From Cyanidioschyzon merolae (lineage: Eukaryota), in assembly GCA_000091205.1 (NCBI GenBank), contig AP006495.2: a stretch of DNA of 64,000 nt; one strand, written 5' to 3'. The notes beneath the pieces were generated by a model. It ran no database searches, was not told the origin of the DNA, and saw only the letters and a program-made list of their open reading frames with translations. A program made the translations under genes and the position numbers. Positions 22,971 through 34,700 of this stretch are shown in pieces (the stretch's first letter is position 1; each line of letters begins with the position of its first letter).

Positions 22971-25406
22971 ATGGAGCGGTGTGTAGTGAAACGTGATGGT
23001 CGTCGACAGCCGGTAAAGTTTGACAAAATCACTGCGCGAATCAAAAAGCTGGCCTACGGTTTGGACCCGCTCGTGGACGTCACCGAGGTTGCGCAGAAGG
23101 TGTGCGCTGGTGTATACGACGGGGTGCATACCTCGGAGCTTGATGAGTTAGCTGCTGAAACTGCAGCGTACATGAGCACACGGCATCATGACTATTCGAT
23201 TTTAGCTGCGCGGATCGCGGTAAGCAACTTGCACAAGAACACCGAAAAGTCATTCAGTGCGGTGATGGAACGCCTATATGCCTACAGGTCTCCGAAAACG
23301 AACGATCCAGCGCCGCTGATTGCGAGCGACGTCATTGAAATAGTGCGCCGCCACGCCGAAACGATAGATGGCGCTATCATCTACGACCGCGATTTCTCTT
23401 ACGACTACTTTGGGTTCAAAACTTTGGAGCGCTCGTATCTGTTACGAATCGACGGCAAGGTGGTCGAGCGTCCCCAGCAAATGCTGATGCGCGTGGCGAT
23501 TGGCATCCACAAGGAGGACCTAGATGCCGCACTAGAAACCTATGACTATATGAGTCAAAAGTACTTTACGCATGCGAGTCCGACGCTCTTCAATGCCGGC
23601 ACACCGCGCCCACAGCTCAGTTCGTGTTTCCTCCTGAGCATGACGGAGGACTCCATCGAGGGAATCTATGACACACTGAAGCGCTGCGCAGTGATTAGCA
23701 AGAGCGCGGGCGGTATCGGTCTGGCGATCCACAACATTCGAGCAACGAAATCTTACATTCGCGGAACGAACGGATCGAGCAACGGTATCGTGCCGATGCT
23801 TCGTGTCTTCAATGACACAGCCCGCTATGTGGATCAGGGGGGTGGGAAACGCAAGGGCGCCTTTGCTGTATACCTGGAGCCATGGCATGCTGATATCTTT
23901 GAGTGGCTTGATCTGAAGAAGAACCACGGCAAAGAGGAAGCACGTGCACGAGATCTCTTCTATGCACTTTGGACGCCGGATCTATTCATGCGGCGAGTGG
24001 AGGCCAACGAACAGTGGTCCCTTTTCTGTCCGAATGAGGCGCCTGGTCTTGCGGATGTCTGGGGCGATGCGTTCGACGAACTCTATCAGCGCTACGAGGC
24101 TGAAGGCAGGGCACGAGAGGTGATCCCTGCGCGAAAGCTCTGGTTCTCGATTCTCGAGTCGCAGATTGAGACAGGCACGCCCTACATGCTCTACAAGGAT
24201 CATTGCAACCGGAAAAGTAATCAGCAGAATCTAGGCACGATCCGCTGCTCCAATCTCTGCACCGAGATCGTAGAGTACACTGCACCAGACGAGGTTGCGG
24301 TGTGCAACCTCGCGAGTATCGCTCTGAACAAGTTTGTGGTGCCAGGAGACCGTGAGCGCGGAACTTGTCCCGTATTTAACTTCGACGAGCTCGCCTTTGT
24401 GACTCGCATGGTTACCAAAAACCTGAACAAGATTATCGATGTGAACTTTTACCCCATTCCCGAGGCACAGAACTCGAATCTGCGTCACCGCCCGATTGGC
24501 ATTGGTGTCCAAGGACTCGCTGATGCCTTCATCCTCATGCGGATGCCATTTGAAAGCGATGAGGCTCGTGCGCTGAACCAGGAAATCTTCGAGTGTATCT
24601 ACTACAACGCATTGCAAGCGTCGATCGAGCTTGCGGAGCGCGACGGACCGTATGCCTCTTTCGAGGGCTCACCAGCGGCACGAGGACAGCTTCAGTTTGA
24701 TCTTTGGAACGTGAAACCGACTTCATCTCGTTGGGATTGGGATGCGCTTAAAGAGCGTATCACTCTTCACGGACTGCGTAATTCGCTACTGGTTGCCCCG
24801 ATGCCGACTGCGTCCACCTCGCAGATCCTGGGCAACAACGAATGTTTCGAGCCGTATACCTCGAATCTGTACACCAGGCGCGTGCTCGCTGGAGAGTTCA
24901 CCGTCGTGAATCAACATCTTGTCCGTGACCTGCAGGAGCTCGGCCTCTGGAACCCGCTCGTGAAGAACAAGATCATCGCCCACGGTGGCTCGATCCAGCA
25001 AATCCCTGAGATCCCCCAAGACATACGAGACCTCTATAAGACCGTCTGGGAGGTCAGCCAACGGCGCCTACTCGACCTGGCTGCTGATCGCGGTGCCTTC
25101 ATCGACCAGAGCCAGTCCCTGAACGTTTACATCGCGCAACCAACGATCGGCAAGTTGAGCTCGATGCATTTCCACGGTTGGCGTCTTGGCCTCAAAACCG
25201 GTATGTATTACCTCCGGACGCGACCAGCAGCTGATGCTATCAAGTTCACGCTCGATCAGCGTATTCTCAAGGAAGAGAACCACACCGCTGTCAATGGATC
25301 GCAACTGCCGTGCAATCTCACGCCGCGTACCAGCGCAGCTGAGCAGTTCGCTGCACTCGCCTGCTCCCTAGATAAGAAGGATGACTGCATCGCGTGCGGA
25401 AGCTGA
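22971..25406 (+). CDS. RNR1: Ribonucleoside-diphosphate reductase large subunit (class I R1)
   Basis: [31 protein letters not shown] matches the R1 N-terminal ATP-cone. The active-site block CSNLCTEI is present, followed by the C-terminal redox tail CIACGS. The ORF track starts at 22776, but the conserved R1 N-terminus begins at the internal Met ~22971. Confidence 0.9.
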   Translation: MERCVVKRDGRRQPVKFDKITARIKKLAYGLDPLVDVTEVAQKVCAGVYDGVHTSELDELAAETAAYMSTRHHDYSILAARIAVSNLHKNTEKSFSAVMERLYAYRSPKTNDPAPLIASDVIEIVRRHAETIDGAIIYDRDFSYDYFGFKTLERSYLLRIDGKVVERPQQMLMRVAIGIHKEDLDAALETYDYMSQKYFTHASPTLFNAGTPRPQLSSCFLLSMTEDSIEGIYDTLKRCAVISKSAGGIGLAIHNIRATKSYIRGTNGSSNGIVPMLRVFNDTARYVDQGGGKRKGAFAVYLEPWHADIFEWLDLKKNHGKEEARARDLFYALWTPDLFMRRVEANEQWSLFCPNEAPGLADVWGDAFDELYQRYEAEGRAREVIPARKLWFSILESQIETGTPYMLYKDHCNRKSNQQNLGTIRCSNLCTEIVEYTAPDEVAVCNLASIALNKFVVPGDRERGTCPVFNFDELAFVTRMVTKNLNKIIDVNFYPIPEAQNSNLRHRPIGIGVQGLADAFILMRMPFESDEARALNQEIFECIYYNALQASIELAERDGPYASFEGSPAARGQLQFDLWNVKPTSSRWDWDALKERITLHGLRNSLLVAPMPTASTSQILGNNECFEPYTSNLYTRRVLAGEFTVVNQHLVRDLQELGLWNPLVKNKIIAHGGSIQQIPEIPQDIRDLYKTVWEVSQRRLLDLAADRGAFIDQSQSLNVYIAQPTIGKLSSMHFHGWRLGLKTGMYYLRTRPAADAIKFTLDQRILKEENHTAVNGSQLPCNLTPRTSAAEQFAALACSLDKKDDCIACGS

Positions 25407-25654
25407 GCTGTTACCGATGATCGACTCTAAACCGTCTCAAATTATCCCATGATCGACTAGGTATGTACCAGAGCGTCTTGACGAATACCTCTTGTCGTGT
25501 TGAGGCACTGATCAACGAGCTTTCTCGTGCCTGCTGAGCTGCAGGTGCAGCGGCACTGGATTATCCACTGGGCGTGTCGTGCGTACCGTGTGTGTCGAGT
25601 CTGGTGGCGGCAACACGTGCGCTGCGTACGTCTTGCCGCGGAAGTGACGAAATG

Positions 25655-26192
25655 CCAAGGTAGTGAGAAACGTAATCCCTGATAGCAAAATGTATATCTT
25701 CGTATTCAATACATGAACGCCTCTGATTCCCTTTGGAGAGAAGGACTATGCGAAGGCACTGAGAAACCTAATCCCTGATAGCATCATGTATATCTTCGTA
25801 TTCAATACATGAACGCCTCTGATTCCCTTTGGAGAGAAGGACTATGCGAAGGCACTGAGAAACCTAATCCCTGATAGCATCATGTATATCTTCGTATTCA
25901 ATACATGAACGCCTCTGATTCCCTTTGGAGAGAAGGACTATGCAGGCACTGAGAAACGTAATCCCTGATAGCATCATGTATATCTTCGTATTCAATACGT
26001 GAACGCCTCTGATTCCCTTTGGAGAGAAGGACTATGCGAAGGCACTGAGAAACCTAATCCCTGATAGCATCATGTATATCTTCGTATTCAATACATGAAC
26101 GCCTCTGATTCCCTTTGGAGAGAAGGACTATGCAGGCACTGAGAAACGTAATCCCTGATAGCATCATGTATATCTTCGTATTCAATACATGA
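25655..26192. repeat. Minisatellite: ~5.5 tandem copies of a 94-97 bp unit
   Basis: The unit is ggcactgagaaac(c/g)taatccctgatagcatcatgtatatcttcgtattcaatacatgaacgcctctgattccctttggagagaaggactatgc(gaa). Unit starts are at ~25754, 25851, 25945, 26041 and 26135. The units are contiguous with no unique spacers. The array is intergenic between RNR1 and the 26265 gene. Confidence 0.85.
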
Positions 26193-26264
26193 AACAATGC
26201 CGTCTCACACCCGAAATCAATTCCGACCGCCTGGCTGCAGCTTGGCCTCGGACCGGGTCAGGAG

Positions 26265-27095
26265 GTGCTGGTGCCTCACGCCCTGAGCATGTCAGGCGCT
26301 GCTCAGAAAACCAAGTCAAAGCACGCAACGTTTACAGAGTGCCTGCAACGGGAAGCGGAACGCGTGCAGCGACGAGAGCCGGCAGCGCTCGCGACCTGGC
26401 TTGCGGAACTTGCCGCTGCGAGCGACGACGCACAACAATCCGAAGAACTAGTTACGGAATGGCACAAGTTTTTCCAAGACTTTGTTGCACGCCAGCAGTT
26501 TCGTGTCTTTGTGACCGGTGATCAGGTGCCAGACCAGGGCGGTCGAGCAATCGCGCTCGCAGTTCGGCACAGCATCCGTCGTTCGGTGGAAACGGAGACA
26601 AAGCCAGAGGTTGCACGGATGACTACCGGAGCTTGCGTTACCGGGGCAGATGCTGCCCAGAAACTGCTCCCGGGGCTGTTACGACCAGACGTGCTTGTCT
26701 TGGCACCGGCAGCGGAGCGGGTGTGTCGGGCAGCGGCTGCAGTGGGAGCGCTTTCGCGCTTCCGCCGCTCCCGTTGGACTTGTTTGAAAGTGATCGCTCG
26801 TCACGAGCGACTAGAAGTTAGCATAGAACGCTGTAAGGCCTTGGCAAGAACACAAGAACGCCATAGGAACGGTGTCATCGTGCTGGGAACGCCTCATCGT
26901 ATCAGCGAGTTGATGCAGCGTCAAGTACTTGGCGCACCGCGGAAAGCACTAGTACTCGATATGAGCCTTGACGTGAAATGCCGCCGTTTGTTGCGTATGC
27001 CTGGTGTACAGCAAGCTGCCCTGCATTGTCTGCGGATGATTGCAAAAGATCTTGCAGGTGATCATAGCCTTCCGGAGCTCGTCTTCTACGCCTAG
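26265..27095 (+). CDS. Hypothetical protein with degenerate DEAD-box-helicase-like motifs (possibly CMS1-like)
   Basis: 276-aa ORF. VLVLAPAAERV, VIVLGTPHRISELM and ALVLDMSLD loosely resemble helicase motifs Ia, Ib and II. The assignment is weak. Confidence 0.3.
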   Translation: MLVPHALSMSGAAQKTKSKHATFTECLQREAERVQRREPAALATWLAELAAASDDAQQSEELVTEWHKFFQDFVARQQFRVFVTGDQVPDQGGRAIALAVRHSIRRSVETETKPEVARMTTGACVTGADAAQKLLPGLLRPDVLVLAPAAERVCRAAAAVGALSRFRRSRWTCLKVIARHERLEVSIERCKALARTQERHRNGVIVLGTPHRISELMQRQVLGAPRKALVLDMSLDVKCRRLLRMPGVQQAALHCLRMIAKDLAGDHSLPELVFYA

Positions 27096-27526
27096 ACGGT
27101 AACGATGGCCGGTTGCTGGCACCCAGCTCGCGTGCGGACTTGCGTGTACGCCTCAGTCCGACGAGATATCCCCTACGAGAAATGAGAATCCGAAAAAACT
27201 ACGGCGGATTTCTGTTGACTGATCCTCGGTACACATCGTGAGCGATTTCCGGTTCCAAGCGGTTGAGAGCATCACCGCTGGCCTCGATGCAGCGCTGCAG
27301 GTGACTGCGTTTTCACAGCGCCCTGCTGCGGTTGTAAATACTGGCCATTCACATAACAGAGCCGAGCGACTGGCAATGTTTGGTGCCTGGGAAACGACCA
27401 TTGGCGGGCGTAGGGCATCCCGGCCGGTTTGCTATCCAGAGATGACGTTGCCGAAGAGAAACGTACGCTTTATGGCCAATGGAGACGTCCAGCGCATCGC
27501 TCGAGATCGTTGGCACCCAAGAAGGT

Positions 27527-27556
27527 AGCCAGCCAGCCAGCCAGCCAGCCAGCCAA
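27527..27556. repeat. (CCAG)n microsatellite, ~7-8 units, intergenic
   Basis: agccagccagccagccagccagccagccagcc. Confidence 0.9.
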
Positions 27557-27619
27557 TCATTACTTGAGGCGTTGCAGAGCGCACACCGATGATGAAGCTC
27601 TGGTGCCGCTGTCACCTGC

Positions 27620-29677
27620 TCATTGTCTCGTGCGACGTCGCTTGCGCTCCTTTGATGATGGATCCGGCGCTAAAGCCCCTGCATTAGGCTCCTTGTCGGG
27701 TGCATCAGTAGCACCATTCGGTGCCTGATCGGGAGCATGTCCTCGACCAGCGTCCGATCGACGGCGTAGCGAACGTGTATGCTGCTTCGGGATGTCGTAC
27801 TCCGTCGAGTCGCTCGCACCAGCCGAGGATGTATCCTGAACAGCGCAGGACCCGGATTCCAAGTCCTTGCGTGCGCGTCGTCTATCGTCACGAGGTGCAC
27901 GCTCCTTGTCGACACTGCGTTCAGGCTTCACGTGCCCGCGTGATGCATTCTTCTCTTCAGGATCGCGTGAACGTTGCTGCGCCCTCCGTTGAACAGACTT
28001 CACGGGCGCTTGTGGCGCGGGCGCAGCTACATCGCTGTTTTCGCAGACCCTTGACAGCCAGTCGAATCGTTGCCTCAGTTCCGTATCCTGATCGTAGGGT
28101 CCAAACTGCCGCAAGCGCTGCAAGATGGCAAACTCCAGCTCGTGCTCTGTCGTCTGTGCCAGAATCCGACGAAAATGATATAAAAGATCATGAAAATAAA
28201 GCAAAGGTACTTGCTCCTCGCATACAAGCAGCGCACCAATTCGTTGCGCGGGTTTTGGATCGCCCAGTAGAAGATGGGCCAGCGCTAGTCGAGCTCGAAG
28301 TCGTAATGGTAAAACATCCGCTGGGTCCGTGATTCCATTGGAACAGGTCATTCGTGATTGCTCCTTCTCGTCTGCAGTGGCAGGAGCGTTTCCATCCTTG
28401 CCTGCTGGCAGCGACTTGGTCCCAGAGACAGTCAACGTCGATTCACGAGATCGCCTTCGAGCAATGCGGACGGCGGTGAGCATTAGCGTTAGATAGTTCA
28501 TGGTAGCAGCGACCTCGGCGGCCTTTCCCTGGAGCAACTGGGCATCCGCCAAGGCCTCTTGAGCTCGCACATGTGCGAGCAGAGGTCTCTGTGATCTACG
28601 TTCTGGTTCCACGAGTCCGTACCGAGTTCGAGCTGAGTCTCTGAGTCCAGTCGCACTTCGAGGTCCGCTGTAGAGTGGTGGCAACCCCGTAAGCGCCTGC
28701 TCGAAACCAGTTCCGACGGCCAATGCAGAGGTGTTCGAGGATCCCGCCCGAACGCGCTCTCGACGACGCATATCATCCAACCATTTGGTCAAGAGTGTCT
28801 CCGCAGTCGCTGCCTCGCCGCGTTCCAGATACAGACGTGCCAGGTTGACGACGGCATCCTCGTCAGCGGGTTCCATGCGCAGCAACTGCTCGAAGCCAGC
28901 TGCTGCCCGCTTCTCATCGCCTATCTGCAGGAATAGGTAGGTACGTTCACGCAGCGCTTCCTCATCATGGCCGCGTGTGGCGCTCAGCGCTTTCGTCAAG
29001 CAGTGAATCGCTTGTCGAGGCTTGCCCATGCGAACGCTTTCAGAGGCAATGTACTTCCACCAGTCCACATCGTGCGGGTTCAAATGCGCGGCAATGAGCG
29101 CCAAGTCGAGTGCTTTGCTCCACTCACCGCGAGCGCTATGGATCAAACTCAGCGTCTTGTATGCCGGGACTGCTTTGGGATCCTTCACAATGACTTCATG
29201 GCAAGCAACCACAGCGTCATGGAGCTGGTTCTCCAGGTAGCAGAGGTGTGCCCTGGCCAACAGCGGCTCCAACTCTGGTGCAAGCCGGGCTGCAGGCCGA
29301 CGACCTCTTTGTCGTCCGCGTCGTCCGCGTCCAAAGCTCAGTGCTGCAGCGTCTTCTGTCTCGTCAGCGATTCCGAAAACCTGTCTTTCGAGACGCGCAC
29401 CAAAAACGTCCTCCTCGTCGGGTGCAGCGCTAGGTCCTCGCTCCAGATAATAGTTCGTGGCTGCAGCCAACGCCGTACTCGAGACCGTCGCTGGATGAAA
29501 CTCCGTTTTGGACCAAGGTCGCCGGGTCTCGACTCCGTCCAGCGTTTGAAACTCGGCACTACCAGGAACGATTGCACGCTCGTCAGCAACATCGCTTTCC
29601 GAACCGTCCGGGCTTGTCTCCCGGAAGCACGTCGACATAGCGGACGCCTGGGGTTCATCAAAGCGTACCTCTCCCAC
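27620..29677 (-). CDS. TPR-repeat protein resembling TFIIIC subunit TFC4/GTF3C3
   Basis: The TPR array (AYKTLSLIHSARGEWSKALDLALIAAHLNPHDVDWWKYIA...AIHCLTKAL...) follows the characteristic AAHL.P.D..W pattern of TFIIIC TPR subunits. An acidic N-terminus and a basic C-terminal NLS-like tail are also present. Confidence 0.5.
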   Translation of the reverse strand: MGEVRFDEPQASAMSTCFRETSPDGSESDVADERAIVPGSAEFQTLDGVETRRPWSKTEFHPATVSSTALAAATNYYLERGPSAAPDEEDVFGARLERQVFGIADETEDAAALSFGRGRRGRQRGRRPAARLAPELEPLLARAHLCYLENQLHDAVVACHEVIVKDPKAVPAYKTLSLIHSARGEWSKALDLALIAAHLNPHDVDWWKYIASESVRMGKPRQAIHCLTKALSATRGHDEEALRERTYLFLQIGDEKRAAAGFEQLLRMEPADEDAVVNLARLYLERGEAATAETLLTKWLDDMRRRERVRAGSSNTSALAVGTGFEQALTGLPPLYSGPRSATGLRDSARTRYGLVEPERRSQRPLLAHVRAQEALADAQLLQGKAAEVAATMNYLTLMLTAVRIARRRSRESTLTVSGTKSLPAGKDGNAPATADEKEQSRMTCSNGITDPADVLPLRLRARLALAHLLLGDPKPAQRIGALLVCEEQVPLLYFHDLLYHFRRILAQTTEHELEFAILQRLRQFGPYDQDTELRQRFDWLSRVCENSDVAAPAPQAPVKSVQRRAQQRSRDPEEKNASRGHVKPERSVDKERAPRDDRRRARKDLESGSCAVQDTSSAGASDSTEYDIPKQHTRSLRRRSDAGRGHAPDQAPNGATDAPDKEPNAGALAPDPSSKERKRRRTRQ

Positions 29678-31726
29678 GCCTAGTTCGGGCTCTATTCCGA
29701 GAGTCCAGCGTACACCTGCTCGTTAGAGTTGTTGCCGGGAAGCTGCTGGCCGCGAGGCTCAGGTCTTTGTGCCCCTCGCCCGCCGAGTGACCCAGCTAGT
29801 CGTAGCAGGTCGACAGAGCGCTCCCTGCCGAACTTTCTCGGTATACGAAACAAGTGGTTTTCGATCCAGCGCTCACGACGACAAGCGTTGCTCTCCAACG
29901 ATGCCGAAACGAACGCTTTACAGTTGGATGCCGCTCGTTCCCGTGACCGAGGGACGCACTTGGTATACAAGTTCTTTTTTTTTGTTTTGGCGCTCGCGTG
30001 ACTTGCGGTACGAACAGCTGGTAACGCATAGCGCCTGGGTACAATCATTCGAGTTTACCCGCGATACTACAGGACAACCTTCGGGGGCGCTGGAGGTTTT
30101 CGCTCCCCAGGAGCATTGCAAGGACTCGGACTCCGGGAAGGCATTTCCCGGGCGTCACTGGATATGAGACACGAGCTGTTGTAGGTGCCGAAACTGGTGC
30201 TTGCGCTTGCTAGCAGATAGCTTGGGTCGGATGGAGTAACTTGGGTTGAGCTGGCTCGAATCATTCGAGGCGACGCTGCTCACCCGAATGGCGTAGGGAA
30301 GCGGATATCATAGCTCCTGGTCCAGGAGGGCACTCAAATAATGAGATTTGTGTAGGAAGGTGTTCAATTGAAGAGTGGCAACGTTCTCTGAATGCGGCAG
30401 GTACCTCAGCAGGAAACGCCTCAGGATATCTTTGTTGTTGTTGTTGTGGTTACACCGGTGTTTCCCTGGTGTACCTGAAGCGTATGGGCGGTATGCGTCC
30501 GTGTATACACAATTTCTGTATACTTATGCTTCATTCCTCGTTCATCTCTTTTCTTGATGCCTCTTCAGACGTTTGTAATTCGTAAACTTGAGGTTTTCTC
30601 CCAGAACAAGTCACGGTGAGCCCGGCAGCAGCAGTCGCAGCGCGCAAAGTATCCAGCAGCAGATCGAGTCGAGTACAATCGGAGATATCGGAACATGCAT
30701 TGGCTTCCATGAACATGTCCTTTACAGAGGCGAAACAGATCTTAATTGTGTTGGTCCATGAAAGGAAAGCTGGAATGAATGAAATGAACCCTCTTATGTT
30801 TTCTTCTGTTTTCCGAAGAGAAGAGGATTTGTTGAACGCGCTGCTGTCCGTGTTGCAACAGGTACCGAGAGGAAAATCCAGGCCAGAGAGCAAGTCAAGA
30901 TATTCAGGCCGCCTACGCTCCATGTGGTCTAAGCAGAAACCCATTCTCAAATGGAAGCGAATGCGGCGATGACAAATCCATGAAGCATACCGTTTTCCAT
31001 GGAAAACAGAAGATATTGGAGCCACTTGAAGCGTATCCTGCAGCAGGTTTCATGTTGCTATGGAACGCCATTCCTTCCACATCATTAAAGAGAAGAGGAT
31101 TTGCCGTCTGAGAGGAGCTCATTATTTGACGAGAGAATTTCAGTGAACTGCTGAAAAACGCATCAAAGAACGACGTGGACTGGTTGTTTTCGCCTCGATC
31201 GAGCCGCAAGAATCGCTGCCTCTACGAGTTACCGTCGAACGGAAAGATGCTACCCTTGACGAGTTTGTGATAGGAGCATTGGGTACACAGGGAACGGAGA
31301 ACAACGGAGGCTTCTCCATGCGCATTCGAGAACGATATCGGTTATTTTACGAAGCCGTATTCGCGTATGCTGCGAACCATCATCATGACACCAGTGACGT
31401 AAACTATTCCAACGGTAGTGCGTCAAAGGAGCAACTCCGAAATAACCACCGAGTATCCTTAAACGACGTATGGATCCGGAAGCTTCAACGCCGCATGTCG
31501 AATATCGGAGCTGTACATCTGAAAAAACAAGTCGCAAAAATGCTCCAATCAGAAACACAGCCAGCAGTTCAGCGTACCGTCCTCGCCTGACACGGGTTTC
31601 GCGCTCATACGTCCGCTGCTCGCACCAGGTTGCCGCAGTTTTTCAGCCATGAACATCTGTCTCCAAGACTATCAAGCACTGACTCGCCGTCGCTCCAGTT
31701 GGCTCGCCGCCTCACCGCCGGGTTTC

Positions 31727-34700
31727 TCACGAGGCTAGCGATTGCCAGGAAGCCGACGAAACAGGAGCCAGCAACGATGGTAGACGCATCAGCGCCTGGT
31801 CGACTTCAGCACCGTGATCCCGTTCGGGTTTGTTCACGACGGTGCTCGCGAGGAAGAATTCGCAGCTGCGTCGGCGCAATGGATGTGGACCGCTCAACTG
31901 CAAAAGCGACGCATCGAGTTCTTCGGAAAGCCCCGGATTCTCGCTGATCTCCTGGCGAACGCGGTCGAATAACGCTCGACTGTAGACTCGGCGACCGGGC
32001 ATCGGCCTGGATGACGGTAACGTGGTCTGTGTCGACGGCACTCGTTCGTCAGCAACAACAGACGCTGTTGTATGCACATCCGCTTCTGCACTCGACGACG
32101 ACGACGACGACGACGACGAGCTATCGGGCATGGCGCTGGTGGACGATTCCCCGGGCCCGGTGGACGTGTTCGTCGTGAGCGAAAAGATACTCTCGTCGTG
32201 TTCATAGTACTGGATGAGTTCGCGTGACGGATATCGCTGAAAGTGCTCGGAGAGCGCCAGCCCAGTTCGAATCGCAAACGCATACACGTGCATGAACAGA
32301 TTCGGAAAGCGACTTGCAAAATATGTGTACAGATTGGAGTTGGTCGATGCTTTGGCACGAGTTGTCTCGAGCGTGGAGGTGTTCACGGCGTTGTCGCGGG
32401 AGCGCACTTCCATGGGGTCATCCTCCACCGGAATGGGGCCCAGGAGCGCCTTCACCGCATCCGGCTGTTGATGGTAGTGGGTGCGCTTGTTGCGAGCGAG
32501 ACGCAGCAGATCAACAATGCTCGAACCGTTATAACTCCTCCCGCGCAGGCTCAGCAGCACACTGGTATCCATACGAAGGCTCCAGTTGCCCAGCGGGCCC
32601 AGCACTGTCGACTCGCAGCCCCGTTCGATCTCTTGTCGAAGGTATCGGCTGTCTGGGTGCTCGAACAGCGCATCACTCACGTCAATGAGAAACTGGAGTT
32701 TCCGAGCGTCACTCCAGAAAAACGGATGACCAAGGAGCGCCTTTGCCGACGGACGCCGCTCTGGTTCATGCTGAATCGCAAGGCGAACGAGGTCAAAGGC
32801 CTCGGGCCAAGCACGAAGCGCGCTGAGGTCCGCTGCACCCGCCAGGATGTTCGCATCACGTTGAAAGACAAGCTCTCCGAACGGGTGACTCCCCATTGTT
32901 AGTACATAGTAGGTAATACAGCCGACACTGAAGATGTCAACTGCTCGAGTTAGCCGCGCAGGTCGTGCCGCATCCGCTCCACCGTTCTCCGAATGCGTCA
33001 TTGACTCGCAGGCGGTTGCGTCGCCAGCTCGCTCCCGGGCATCATCGACAGCGCTTGTTTCGCTGTGCACACTATTGAGTCCCTCGAAAAGCGAGGCGCC
33101 CCGGAGAACCTCCGGGGGTCGCCACCCCACCGAGCCCACAGCAGTCGCACCAGCTGTGAAGGAGCCCCGACCCGCATCCAACCGTTTTGCAAGACCAACG
33201 TCTGCGATTTTCACGATATCATCAGACCCTATGGCCAGCAGCACATTCGCCGGCTTCAGGTCGCGATGTACAATGCCGTGATCATGTAATTCCGCAATAC
33301 CTAGCAGGAGACCACGAAGCGCCCGGACGGTGGCAGGCGGCGGACCGAGCTGCAGCGGACCCGCCGCGCGTCTATCGACCTCTGTGGACAGCTCGTCCAG
33401 CAGTGGACAACGAGTCGCAGGAAGCTCGCCTCGTTCTACACGATCCTGCAAGGAACCTGCACAAAGCTCCAGCGCTACGTAGATAAAGTCGCCGCTCTCC
33501 TCCATGGCGTAGTATCGCAAGATGTGTTGACAGGATTCGTCGAGTTCAATCAGAACCTCAATTTCTCGCCGCGCAATTTGGTAGAAACTTTTCAAAAGTC
33601 GTTTGACTGCAACCCTGCGGTATCCAGGTAGAAGGAGTCCCTCGTAGACACTAGTTCCATGGCTCCCGTATCCGATGACGTTCGGCGAAATGAGAAGCCG
33701 TCCCACTTTCTGGTAGCCGGTCGGCAACGGTGCCTCACTGCCTGTTGCAGAGTCCGTTACAGAGCGCGGGCGTTCGACTCGCTGAATTGGAACCGGCTTC
33801 GGTACCAGCGAAGAGCGCTCAAAGCCTCGTGACCTGTCGTTCTCCTGGGCGCGGGCAGCTCGCGGCTGCGTTGCGCCAGTCATCATCATCACCCGCTTCG
33901 TCTCCCGACGCCGCAACACTGGTGGCGGACTCGGTGTCCTTTGACGCTCGCTCGAGTGACGCTGCTCACGCTCGGTCCGTCGCATGCGCCATATGGTCCA
34001 GAGTGCGAGCGCTAGAGCTAGCGGCCCAATGCCTGCAAAAAATATCGCGACCACAAGAAGCACGCCTCCGTGGACGGGCGCGTGGTCATACACCGATGTG
34101 CCAAACGAGCTGTAAGCGTTCTGTGGCATCCCGCGCGGCTTTCGATACAACTCAGCAGACGGCGGCAGGCACATTTGCTGCCATTCATCCCGGTATCGCA
34201 AAGTCGTAGGCGGGTCCGGTGATTGCAGCGGCACGGGGCGAGACCATTGCCAAAAGTGCCGGGTAGCGCGAACGGCGTCGCTGGTGCCTCCATCAGGCAG
34301 TGCTACCGGTGAGCTTGCCGCAGTGTCTGTGATAAGAACGATATCGCCGATAGCGCGGAGCGATAAGATCGGGTATGGAAACTCTGCAGACCACATCGTG
34401 GTGCCTCTGTCGGCGTCGCGTACGACGACAAAGCGTCCATTATCTGCCAGTATCGCAACATAGCGAGCCTTATTCTGGACAGGTCGCGCAGCTCGGGGCA
34501 CTTGCGGGTCTTCGGGATCGAGCGGAGACTCTTCGAGGGTATCACTGCTCACCATGTGGCGCGCGGGACAGCGTGATTCCCCCGCCAAAACTCTTCGTCC
34601 GAAAAGAAAGGGTGCTAAAAACTCGCCCGCATAATGCGCGGGTTCGTCCAATAGATACATTTCATAGTCAGCGTAGGTCACGTTCCAGCTTGCTTCTCCT

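Noticed and set aside
25655-26192. Possible CRISPR array
   Set aside because: The ~95 bp units are directly contiguous with no unique spacers, and the genome context is eukaryotic. It is a minisatellite.
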